The notes under the pieces were generated by a model, which was not told the DNA's origin, made no database searches, and saw only the letters and a list, made by a program, of their open reading frames with translations. Both the position numbers and the translations under genes were made by a program. From a virus (lineage: Duplodnaviria; Caudoviricetes), in IMG/VR virus record IMGVR_UViG_3300036888_000002, positions 1 through 24,647 of that record: a DNA stretch of 24,647 nucleotides; one strand, written 5' to 3'. Every line of letters starts with the position of its first letter. The first letter of the stretch is position 1. This document shows, in pieces, positions 16,572-24,647 of this stretch.

Positions 16572-19541
16572 TTAATAATATAGCTCCTGTGCAGCGGCCG
16601 CTGCGGCGGCCTCAGCTGCTGACGTATAGTCTGGTGTCTCAACCTTAACGTCATCAACATTGCCAAGCACCACAAACTCGTGCTCATTCAAACAACCAAA
16701 TCCAGTCCGGGGTGTTGATAGAATCTGAGATGCTGGAACCTGTGCTGTCATAAGCACACCACCATGAGCCTCACAGAACCTACTAGCCACGTCATAACTG
16801 GCTGACCACGAGGACATCGGACGCATCTGAGCAGTAGGAATAACTCCAGGGTTATTAAGGTCTGTCTTCTCAACATTCAGTGGTGTAGGTGCCTCAGTCT
16901 GTCCACGGAAGAGAGTAATCGACCCTACGTTCTGGTCCTTAAGCATCTGCTGAGTATCAGTGTACTGTGACCTGAGGAAGTCTTGCAATACCGGCCCATG
17001 CTCGTCAACAGTCTGCTTTGTATCAGACTGAATAACATACGAGGGGTTATCATTCCCCATAGGGTGGGGTGACCACTCCATAGTGTTCTGAAGACCAAAC
17101 TCAGTCTTAGCTGATTCCTGAACAGCTAGACTATGAGCACTAGAGTCATTTGACGTACCAGCCCAATGAGATATAAGCTCAGAACAAGCCGCCTGCTTTA
17201 GCTCTGGTTCTCTATATATAGACAATGTCGGAGCCTCTAATAGTTGAGCATCAAACACATCATCAGGATATGCACCTATAGGAGTAGCTGCATTTATAAG
17301 ATCCATTGCAGAAGAAGTACAATGATCTGCTAGTCTCGACGCCACATCCTGCTTACAGTCTTGGGCATCCTTATCACTGTACTGTTCCTCATACGAGTCC
17401 AGATCCTGCCCAACAGGACCCACTGCTGAGTCGCTTGGTCCTTGTGCAATGATGTCCAAAGCCTCAACCATGTCCGTTACATCCCTGGCTTGTGGTACGC
17501 CAGGAGTTGCCAGATCTGCCGAACTGGCTGGTGGGAAATCTCCGACTGTCGGGTCAATAGAATCTACACCCTGAGAACCTGTACCACTAACAGAGTGTCC
17601 TGAAGTTCTGTCTTGCTCGTGCGCCCACTGCATAGCCTGCATCTCAATGCTACTCACAGGAAACCCCACTTGGGACCCGAAGTCGGCAGCAGCCCGCTCA
17701 TTAGCGTCGCACAAGAATGGGTAAGATCCACCCTTCCACTCAATCTCACCCTGCTTTATAACAGCAGGACTGTCATTTACTTTGCCAAAGGACGAGCATT
17801 GACCGCCCGATGCCGCCCGAACCATAACAGTATCCATTGTGGAGAAGGAAGTAGCATTAGGATCAATAATGTTATTAACAAAATCTGGACCCTTCATTGC
17901 GCCAGACTGAGCACCAAGAATGGAGTTAGTTACTGGGACATCTGGTTTGCCAAACTCATGCCCCATAGCAATCTGAATAGCCTTGTCCATACCACGTTGC
18001 CAGAAGCTCGGAGTAAGCTCCAGAGGAGAACCATCCTTTTTAGCACCAAAAGCAAGTGGTGCTGTTTTATCTGACTGCACCATCATCTTCATGAGTGCTT
18101 GAGAGGCTGAAGTCAGGTTTGGCTGCTTGGATAGAGCAACACCATTCTGAATGTTACAATCAGGAACACCCTTATCCCCGCCCGTCAACTCATTGGTCTG
18201 GTAGAGAATATCTAACGGCAGGTCTACAGGTGTATCATTAGCAACGGCCTGAGCAATAAAGTCCGTAGCGCCCATAGTTACTGCTATGGCTGTTCGAGGC
18301 ATTGTCGCACCAATCATGCCTGCCACTTGAGTAGGGCTGATTGGATTAAGACTATTCTGAGTTGTGTCCGAAACTCTTTGAGCCTCATTATGATACATAG
18401 GATATGCCGTCAAACCAAAGGCAACCTCAGCACAAGTAAAGCCCTGTGCTGCCTGCATAAAGTTTGTATACATTGTATCTCTGACGGACTTATTCCCATC
18501 CTTCATACCAGGAAGCTTAGCAAGATTAGCCTCTATTAAGTCCTGTAGGTGTTGGGATAGGTTCAAATCAGCAGTAGTTGACCCATTAGTATTTACATAG
18601 GGACCATTAGGATCACTGTTAGTCTGGTAGGCCGGTCCCACAGGACCAAAGGCTGTACAGTTAGGAGCATAGTTAGCATTTGGCTCACCAAACTTACCGT
18701 TACCACCGCACGGTATTGAGGCTGTAGTTTGATAAGTCCCATCAGAATACTTACCGTGCTCATCAGGTAGACCTTTTACCAACTCTTCTTGCTTGTTAAA
18801 AATGCCCTGTGCGTTATTCCATATGGAGTCCTGATTACGCTGAACACCAAGCAAGGCAGCAGTGGCCGGATTCTCTACCTTCTGGGATGGCTCGACCACA
18901 AAGGCTACTGGATTACCAGCATCGTCCCTCTGTAGCCACCAGCCCACATACATATCTGACCGAGCATACAAGTCTGGATTAGCTTGCGTATGGTCATACA
19001 TCTGCTGAGCCATGTCGTGCATGTTGGCCGTAAATGGCAACTGCTGTTGAACACCAGCTACATTAAACCCAGTCTGAGGTTGGGATCCGTCCGAAGGTTT
19101 AACCGAACCACCGTCCGGCTTCTGATTCAATGCCTGTTCAAAAGAATCAACAGTCATTTCCTGCCCAGAAGTCTCCCATGTATTGTCATTCAAATCGACA
19201 GGAGGTACATCATCAGTAGGTGGAGTATCCCCACTCTGCCCTGCATCAGCGCTCGGGTCAGATATACTTTCCTTTCCAGGCTCAAAGTAACCGTGCCAAC
19301 CGTGCCCTTGTTCCTCCTGTTGGAAGGTTTCATCCCCAAGACGATAGTCAATGACCCATGGTGGTATAACAGGAACCTCCCGTAAGGAAGTATCAGTTAT
19401 CTGCCAATGGAGCCGGATATGTCCACCACCCAGCATGACAAATCGGTCACTAGTGCTCTTGTCTAGAGGATCAAATGGAATGGACATCCATACAGGTTCC
19501 TTATGAAATGCTGTCACCTGTATCCAACGCTTAGTAAACAC
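16572..19541 (-). CDS. Multidomain head-module protein with C-terminal ADP-ribosyltransferase-like domain
   Basis: GTG start overlaps the portal TAG, with SD AAGGAG 9 nt upstream. C-terminal motifs TLFRG, MSSWS and NEHEFVV form an R-S-ExE triad. Confidence 0.7.
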   Translation of the reverse strand: MFTKRWIQVTAFHKEPVWMSIPFDPLDKSTSDRFVMLGGGHIRLHWQITDTSLREVPVIPPWVIDYRLGDETFQQEEQGHGWHGYFEPGKESISDPSADAGQSGDTPPTDDVPPVDLNDNTWETSGQEMTVDSFEQALNQKPDGGSVKPSDGSQPQTGFNVAGVQQQLPFTANMHDMAQQMYDHTQANPDLYARSDMYVGWWLQRDDAGNPVAFVVEPSQKVENPATAALLGVQRNQDSIWNNAQGIFNKQEELVKGLPDEHGKYSDGTYQTTASIPCGGNGKFGEPNANYAPNCTAFGPVGPAYQTNSDPNGPYVNTNGSTTADLNLSQHLQDLIEANLAKLPGMKDGNKSVRDTMYTNFMQAAQGFTCAEVAFGLTAYPMYHNEAQRVSDTTQNSLNPISPTQVAGMIGATMPRTAIAVTMGATDFIAQAVANDTPVDLPLDILYQTNELTGGDKGVPDCNIQNGVALSKQPNLTSASQALMKMMVQSDKTAPLAFGAKKDGSPLELTPSFWQRGMDKAIQIAMGHEFGKPDVPVTNSILGAQSGAMKGPDFVNNIIDPNATSFSTMDTVMVRAASGGQCSSFGKVNDSPAVIKQGEIEWKGGSYPFLCDANERAAADFGSQVGFPVSSIEMQAMQWAHEQDRTSGHSVSGTGSQGVDSIDPTVGDFPPASSADLATPGVPQARDVTDMVEALDIIAQGPSDSAVGPVGQDLDSYEEQYSDKDAQDCKQDVASRLADHCTSSAMDLINAATPIGAYPDDVFDAQLLEAPTLSIYREPELKQAACSELISHWAGTSNDSSAHSLAVQESAKTEFGLQNTMEWSPHPMGNDNPSYVIQSDTKQTVDEHGPVLQDFLRSQYTDTQQMLKDQNVGSITLFRGQTEAPTPLNVEKTDLNNPGVIPTAQMRPMSSWSASYDVASRFCEAHGGVLMTAQVPASQILSTPRTGFGCLNEHEFVVLGNVDDVKVETPDYTSAAEAAAAAAAQELYY

Positions 19542-20956
19542 TACCGAGTTCTCCTTAGAGCAAAGCGTGGAGTAAGACTTCTACCGGCCGGAGCCGCAGC
19601 GGGTGGCGTACCTCCTGCCGGTGCGCCGGGCGCTGGCTCATTACCCGGAGTTCTAGGAGTGCTTGGATATGGCGTATTACTAGCCTGTCCTGTATCAACC
19701 GCAGCCGGTGAGGCGGACAATGCACCACCACCAGTAAGCATAAAGTCCGAGTGTGCCGAGTTGATTGGTCCCCACAAGGAGTCTGCTCCGGCCTCTTTTG
19801 AAGGCTTAAGCTTAAGGTACTCACGACACTCATTAGGTGTCGCAGTGGCGGACATACGCAAGGCATTGATAAATGCACCAAGCATTTCGTCATTCGTTTT
19901 AAATAGGTCTGACACGTCACGCCGTGCGTAGTACCCAGCAGGAAGAAGGGCTGTATACATCCTGTCTGACCTACGAACATAGCCCGACAGGGCAAACAGA
20001 GCAAAGCCCATAACCATTTCCTGAAGGCCCTTACCATACACTTCAGAGCCACCAGCGGATATATCACCAACAAGGTGGCCCGGAACACCATAGAAACCGC
20101 ACAGTTCAGAGCGTGAGAAAGCCCTAGCTTCTAGAAGCTGGGCAGTCTGTGGGCTAACTGAAATCTGTTGCCACTTGGCCTTTGAGTCGAGAATGATTGG
20201 TGTGTGAGCCTGAGCCAGACCACCATGTTGTGTCATCAGCTCGCCAATAATACGGTCCTTGTCCTCCTGTTTCAATGGCTTGTCCAAAGAGAAAACACCT
20301 GTAGGGTGAATACCTTGTGCGAAGTACCGTGAGGCGTACTCATTCATGGCGATAGGTAACCCAAAGCCAACCGCCCCAATCTCAATGGGATTAAGGCCCA
20401 TAATTCCACCGGCCAAGGACATCCAGGGAACATGGATTAAGTCCCTATTAGGGATGATAGGTCCTATATCAGACCCGACCCTATAGACCCTGACACCCTT
20501 AATCATATTACACTTCATCTGTGTTGGGTTCAAACACTCTATTAGGGTCGGCATATCCATTCGACCACGATCAATGATGTGGTAGTAAGCATTGCCAGCT
20601 AATCCCCATGAAGCTACCGTATTGAAGTCAAGTTGTTCACGATCAATGTCCGCACATGGCTTCACAAAGATATCGGGCGGGTCAACCTCAGGATCAGCAA
20701 AAGAGCGCCGGTTTCCTTGCTGTCTATGCACATGTATCGTCAACCCAGATAGAGCGTCACCTAACACACGGATACATGAAGCCACAGTCATGATCGAAAG
20801 AACGGACCTCTCATTGACAATGACACCTGCAATGGCTTGATTATATACACCAGGCGGTGGAATCGCAGCAGGATCACTCATCCAACCACCCCAGCCACCC
20901 GACGAGAGTGGAAAAGCTCTTTGCTGTATCTGACGCTGCCGCTGGCTAATAGTCAT
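19541..20956 (-). CDS. Portal protein, HK97 family
   Basis: V..CIRVLGD.LS.L, LAGNAY, GLNPI, YFAQG..PTGV, AQLLEAR.F...E.C.FYGVPGHLVG, TPNECRE. Confidence 0.93.
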   Translation of the reverse strand: MTISQRQRQIQQRAFPLSSGGWGGWMSDPAAIPPPGVYNQAIAGVIVNERSVLSIMTVASCIRVLGDALSGLTIHVHRQQGNRRSFADPEVDPPDIFVKPCADIDREQLDFNTVASWGLAGNAYYHIIDRGRMDMPTLIECLNPTQMKCNMIKGVRVYRVGSDIGPIIPNRDLIHVPWMSLAGGIMGLNPIEIGAVGFGLPIAMNEYASRYFAQGIHPTGVFSLDKPLKQEDKDRIIGELMTQHGGLAQAHTPIILDSKAKWQQISVSPQTAQLLEARAFSRSELCGFYGVPGHLVGDISAGGSEVYGKGLQEMVMGFALFALSGYVRRSDRMYTALLPAGYYARRDVSDLFKTNDEMLGAFINALRMSATATPNECREYLKLKPSKEAGADSLWGPINSAHSDFMLTGGGALSASPAAVDTGQASNTPYPSTPRTPGNEPAPGAPAGGTPPAAAPAGRSLTPRFALRRTR

Positions 20957-20957
20957 A

Positions 20958-21623
20958 TTAAATCAAACTCTCTTCTGGAATCCATGTGGCTGCCCAGTGA
21001 TGAACAGCATAAGCGTCAGGATATTTCTCAGGCTGCCAATCAAACTTGTCTGCATACCTCAACGGGTAAAACAGTGTGGAATCAAAGATGTGAACTTCCG
21101 GGTGTATTGAGAGGACTCGTGTAAAGAACCTTGGGCCAGTCATAGCCACCTGATAGAGAACATAACCGTAAGGATAGTCCTTCATTCGCTCAGCACTAGG
21201 GCCGTACCACAGCTTAACAGATTGTGGCAAACACTCGACAAGACTCTTGAAGGCTGGATGATTAGGAACAGCCCCCGTGATTGCACAAGATGCTGTCTCT
21301 ACACCCGGTCCCTCATAAGCAGTAAAGGCATCACAAGGCTCAATAAGAGCACCTATAGGCTTAAGACACTCGAAGTCTGTATCTATATAAACGCCGCCCT
21401 CGTGATACAGAATCTCATACCGCAGAACATCCGAGGCAGCTACAAAGTTCTGGGCCGTGTCAAACTCTTCCTTATTAACTCCCCATTCCGGCCATGTAGT
21501 CCAGGTTTTCATCTCCCAGTCACGGTTGTAGTACAGCCAAGACCTGCCCCAATCCACAAACTGCTGAGGCATAGGTGGGGATCCCTTAAGCCAGATCCTA
21601 TGAAATACCTTAGGAATGGGCAC
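20958..21623 (-). CDS. Glycosyltransferase, DXD sugar-binding family (GT32, OCH1/SUR1-like)
   Basis: IPKVFHRIW, SDVLRYEILYHEGGVYIDTD (DxD), TGP.FFT, C-terminal AVHHWAATW. Confidence 0.88.
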   Translation of the reverse strand: MPIPKVFHRIWLKGSPPMPQQFVDWGRSWLYYNRDWEMKTWTTWPEWGVNKEEFDTAQNFVAASDVLRYEILYHEGGVYIDTDFECLKPIGALIEPCDAFTAYEGPGVETASCAITGAVPNHPAFKSLVECLPQSVKLWYGPSAERMKDYPYGYVLYQVAMTGPRFFTRVLSIHPEVHIFDSTLFYPLRYADKFDWQPEKYPDAYAVHHWAATWIPEESLI

Positions 21624-21873
21624 GCCGCAACCTTCTTATGGGGTGTGGTGGGCGAGGCAGTGTGACTGAAAGATTGTCTCCGAGAACTAGCTCGGAAGCC
21701 ACTATGAGAATCAGTGCGCCAGCCACAAGTGCCCAACCTAGACCGGCGAGAAGATAGACCCCTGTAGTCAACATAGAGGCTCCAGCAAACTCGACATAGT
21801 TGGCCACTGGGAACGTCAACTGTGGCCGAGCACGAAATGTCGGAAGCTTTAACCATTCCTTAAATGTGGTCAT
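21610..21873 (-). CDS. Small membrane protein
   Basis: Hydrophobic hairpin FAGASMLTTGVYLLAGLGWALVAGALILIVA; small TM genes are common between terL and portal in HK97-like phages. Confidence 0.65.
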   Translation of the reverse strand: MTTFKEWLKLPTFRARPQLTFPVANYVEFAGASMLTTGVYLLAGLGWALVAGALILIVASELVLGDNLSVTLPRPPHPIRRLRRAHS

Positions 21874-23515
21874 GCGGGTGACCTTTCTTTGCTAGGTTTT
21901 CCATTTGATTCGGAACTAACATATCCGCTTGTGTCAAGATCTTGGGGAACTGTGGACCTCTCGGTGGTGCCGGTGCAGGTTCAACAGGTGTGTAATCACT
22001 GCCGAAGATCACGGTTGCAAACTGAGATTCCATAGCGATTTCCTTAGCCCTCTGTGATGCCATGACCGTAGCAACTGCCATGTCCACCCAGTTCCTAGAG
22101 GACTGGTTTTCCTTTTGAATCCTTGGGTTAAGTGGGTCCTTTACCCAAGCATTTGCCATGTGTCTTGCTAGGTCTGGGCTACCATCATGGCTGAATCTTG
22201 ACCTAGTAACGTCCTCATAAAGGCGCTGTGTAGCCTCTATCATGCGCTGCCCACGCTGTTGAAACTCGACTATAGGGTAACCCTCATCCATCAACTGCTC
22301 TAGGTCCGACTGCCATAGGGCCGGGTCAACCGCTACCTCGACTACATTGTAGTAAGCACAAGCAGTACGTATGTCCTGCATGATCTTTTGGCGAGGAACC
22401 CTATACTCGACTGCCCCATAGGGTCTTTCTTCCAAAGAAAGCAAGTGAACAAAGGGTATTGGCCTATCAATAGTAACAGCAACTAGCCCAGTAGCATCCC
22501 CATTATAAGAACCATCAAAGCCCAAAACGACACGATCATGCTCGGGAATATGGTACTCATAATCAGCCAGTGTAGACCACACACCTTGTGGCAACCACCT
22601 GTCAATATCCACCAGTACGACCTGATTCAGGTAGAACCTGCGGCTCTTGTACTCTGGTGTGGCCGGGTCCATGATTTCATCATACAGCCGGTCAATGTCT
22701 ACCCAATAACTATCTCCCCGAGCGAATGTTAGTGCATCCTTAACTCTCACTTCGTCCGTTAAGTCAGGGCACTCAGGAGCCTCACGAGCGTCATACCAGA
22801 CACCAGCAATCTCACCCTGTTTGATAGCATTGTACGTAAGCTCGGCTACCGATCCCTCACCAGGCAAATGGGCATTCGTGATTTCAATGGACCGAGCAGA
22901 ACCATCCCTTGACTTACCCAGATTTCGCCGGATAACATCTGCCATTTCCAGGCCCTCGTTATTGGCGAGCCAGTGGTGTGTTTCGTTAAGGACAACCAGC
23001 GACGGACGGCCTCCTTCAAGTGATCTTGGGGACGACGTGACAGCTTCAATACGTCCGATTCCACCCCGTACATAGATAATCTCCTTGCCTAGATCCACGT
23101 CGAATGTCTTCTTGAGTTCAGGACTAGTCAAGCCAGGGAACAAGGTCATAGTGTTTTTGGTCTGGTCCTTGGATACGGCGGCTATCTGTATCCAAGGTGC
23201 AGTGTGCTGTATCCCTATAGGAAACCCGTTGGCATCCCAACCGCCGAACCGCACTGGCCCACACGCTTCAGCGTAAGACAGGGCGGCTAGAAAAGGGTCT
23301 TTTCCCCATCCTTTCATGCGTCGAATAACACCACGACGCCTGAGAAACCTACCAACCTCATCCACCTCATACCAGACCAGAACCATTTGTGCTTGCTCGG
23401 TAGTGTACTTCCACGGATTACCGGCGTCTGGCCCGTCAGGCTGAAGCAGCCATTGAGTGGACCAGTCGAGGACTCCCCAACCTAATGTTCTATTTGGAGC
23501 GGGCAACTCGATCAT
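21860..23515 (-). CDS. terL: Terminase large subunit
   Basis: Walker A RMKGWGKD, Walker B VVLNETHHW, ITNA coupling motif, nuclease GFDGS...DAT and C-terminal D..VA. Confidence 0.93.
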   Translation of the reverse strand: MIELPAPNRTLGWGVLDWSTQWLLQPDGPDAGNPWKYTTEQAQMVLVWYEVDEVGRFLRRRGVIRRMKGWGKDPFLAALSYAEACGPVRFGGWDANGFPIGIQHTAPWIQIAAVSKDQTKNTMTLFPGLTSPELKKTFDVDLGKEIIYVRGGIGRIEAVTSSPRSLEGGRPSLVVLNETHHWLANNEGLEMADVIRRNLGKSRDGSARSIEITNAHLPGEGSVAELTYNAIKQGEIAGVWYDAREAPECPDLTDEVRVKDALTFARGDSYWVDIDRLYDEIMDPATPEYKSRRFYLNQVVLVDIDRWLPQGVWSTLADYEYHIPEHDRVVLGFDGSYNGDATGLVAVTIDRPIPFVHLLSLEERPYGAVEYRVPRQKIMQDIRTACAYYNVVEVAVDPALWQSDLEQLMDEGYPIVEFQQRGQRMIEATQRLYEDVTRSRFSHDGSPDLARHMANAWVKDPLNPRIQKENQSSRNWVDMAVATVMASQRAKEIAMESQFATVIFGSDYTPVEPAPAPPRGPQFPKILTQADMLVPNQMENLAKKGHPHDHI

Positions 23516-23523
23516 GGTATTCC

Positions 23524-23868
23524 TTATGCACCTGTCGCACCAGCACCCGTAGCGCCAATAGATCCTGTCGCACCCGTAGCGCCAATAGATCCTGTCGCAC
23601 CTGTCGCACCAGCACCCGTAGCGCCATGAAGACCTATAGCACCCGTAGCGCCAGTGACTCCCTGTACACCTGTCGCACCAGTAGCACCAACAATGTTCTC
23701 CACAGAGAAAATGTCAGTCCAAGCGCCGGTTTTCCATACACAAATATGACCATCAGCAGTAATGGCAACAGCAGGTGTCTCTGGTTCTACCACCAGCTGA
23801 GCAATCGTGTCAGCCGTATACTCATTCATCTCTCGAACACCGGCCTGTGAATCAGATTGAAACCCCAT
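23524..23868 (-). CDS. Small protein with C-terminal Gly-Ala-Thr collagen-like repeat
   Basis: ~60-aa N-terminal domain, then [54 protein letters not shown] to the stop; starts 1 nt after the terS stop. Confidence 0.75.
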   Translation of the reverse strand: MGFQSDSQAGVREMNEYTADTIAQLVVEPETPAVAITADGHICVWKTGAWTDIFSVENIVGATGATGVQGVTGATGAIGLHGATGAGATGATGSIGATGATGSIGATGAGATGA

Positions 23869-23869
23869 G

Positions 23870-24307
23870 TTATGCTCCCTTTTGTATGCGTCTATAGTCA
23901 GCCATTATGGCAATCTTAGGATCACCCTCAGGCGCTTCAGATTCTAGTTCAATACGCAACCTACGCCGGTCACCCTCAGTGACACCAAGGCGTGACAATG
24001 AGGCCAGTATCCCTGTGATGGCAGCGTGGGAAATCTGGCCGGTAGTGTTGTTTGTATTCGTCAATGCATCATTCAGTACACCCAGTGTGATGTACCCAAA
24101 GGCCCAGTCGGTAGGCTCAAAAAACTGCGACATACCGGACTGAGCTAATGACTCCCACAATCTCTTAACGGAAGGCAGCCACTTGGAGTCAGCCGGGTAT
24201 GGAATCTCGGTCGGCCTGCTGGAGATGACGGTCGGCTCAGACCCAGTGTTCCTTCGGCGTCTTGTGTTTGATCGTTTGGGGACGGGACCCCGAGTTGCAA
24301 CGGCCAT
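23870..24307 (-). CDS. terS: Terminase small subunit (actinophage type)
   Basis: [14 protein letters not shown]...[26 protein letters not shown]; SD AGGAG; upstream of terL. Confidence 0.8.
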   Translation of the reverse strand: MAVATRGPVPKRSNTRRRRNTGSEPTVISSRPTEIPYPADSKWLPSVKRLWESLAQSGMSQFFEPTDWAFGYITLGVLNDALTNTNNTTGQISHAAITGILASLSRLGVTEGDRRRLRIELESEAPEGDPKIAIMADYRRIQKGA

Positions 24308-24647
24308 CAGGCTCTCCTATGTGGGTGGCTAGAAAAGGTAAATAGACTCAAAAGTTATTTACCCTATTTGATATCTATAGCCCTACAGAATAGCACTCTA
24401 TGAAAGCAGGGCCTTTCTATAGGAAAAGTGCAGGTAGTGGCACTAGGACTGTCGCATGATATGAGTCGCTGCTAAAAACATGCCTGGTCAGGGGCTATTT
24501 AACCGTACAAGACTATAGAAGCTCTATAACACGTACAAAATGCCAGCTGAGGCGGGGGTGAGAATCGCAACAAGTCCATAGGGGTTCAGGGTACCCCCTA
24601 TCTTCCTGTTTATACAAGCTAACATGCTTAGTAAGATAGAGCTTATT

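Noticed and set aside
19530-19590. Portal-effector fusion by readthrough or frameshift
   Set aside because: The effector frame is closed by TAG at 19583..19581, I see no slippery heptamer in the 13 codons between, and the GTG start has its own AAGGAG RBS.
19555-20091. 178-aa alternative-frame ORF inside the portal, and other nested or antisense ORFs in the track
   Set aside because: They lie within well-supported genes and have no recognisable motifs.
21610-21873. Small membrane protein as a holin
   Set aside because: No endolysin nearby, and small TM genes are common at this terL-portal position.

Overview
The whole window is the virion morphogenesis operon of a long-tailed (siphovirus-type, HK97-fold) bacteriophage or prophage, encoded entirely on the minus strand. 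Terminase and tail motifs suggest an actinobacterial host (inference). Order in the direction of transcription (right to left): terminase small subunit, small Gly-Ala-Thr repeat protein, terminase large subunit, small membrane protein, DXD glycosyltransferase (GT32-like), HK97 portal, 989-aa multidomain protein with a C-terminal R-S-E ADP-ribosyltransferase motif set, two small ORFs, prohead protease, putative decoration protein, HAD-fold phosphatase, major capsid, small repeat protein, head-tail adaptor with an extra N-terminal domain, tail terminator, major tail protein, internally duplicated tail assembly chaperone with a -1 frameshift site, HK97-gp10-like protein, tape measure, distal tail, hub, YVTN beta-propeller tail protein, and a collagen-like fibre with an InlB-B/Flg_new repeat. 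The fibre runs off the window edge and is missing from the ORF track. The two most interesting signals are (1) a glycosyltransferase inside the head module together with short G-A-[T/S]-G motifs in five different virion proteins, a candidate virion glycosylation-tag system, and (2) a probably virion-packaged multi-enzyme effector (ART plus an HhH-glycosylase-like domain) followed by two small candidate immunity genes. All family calls come from motifs read by eye; no database searches were run.
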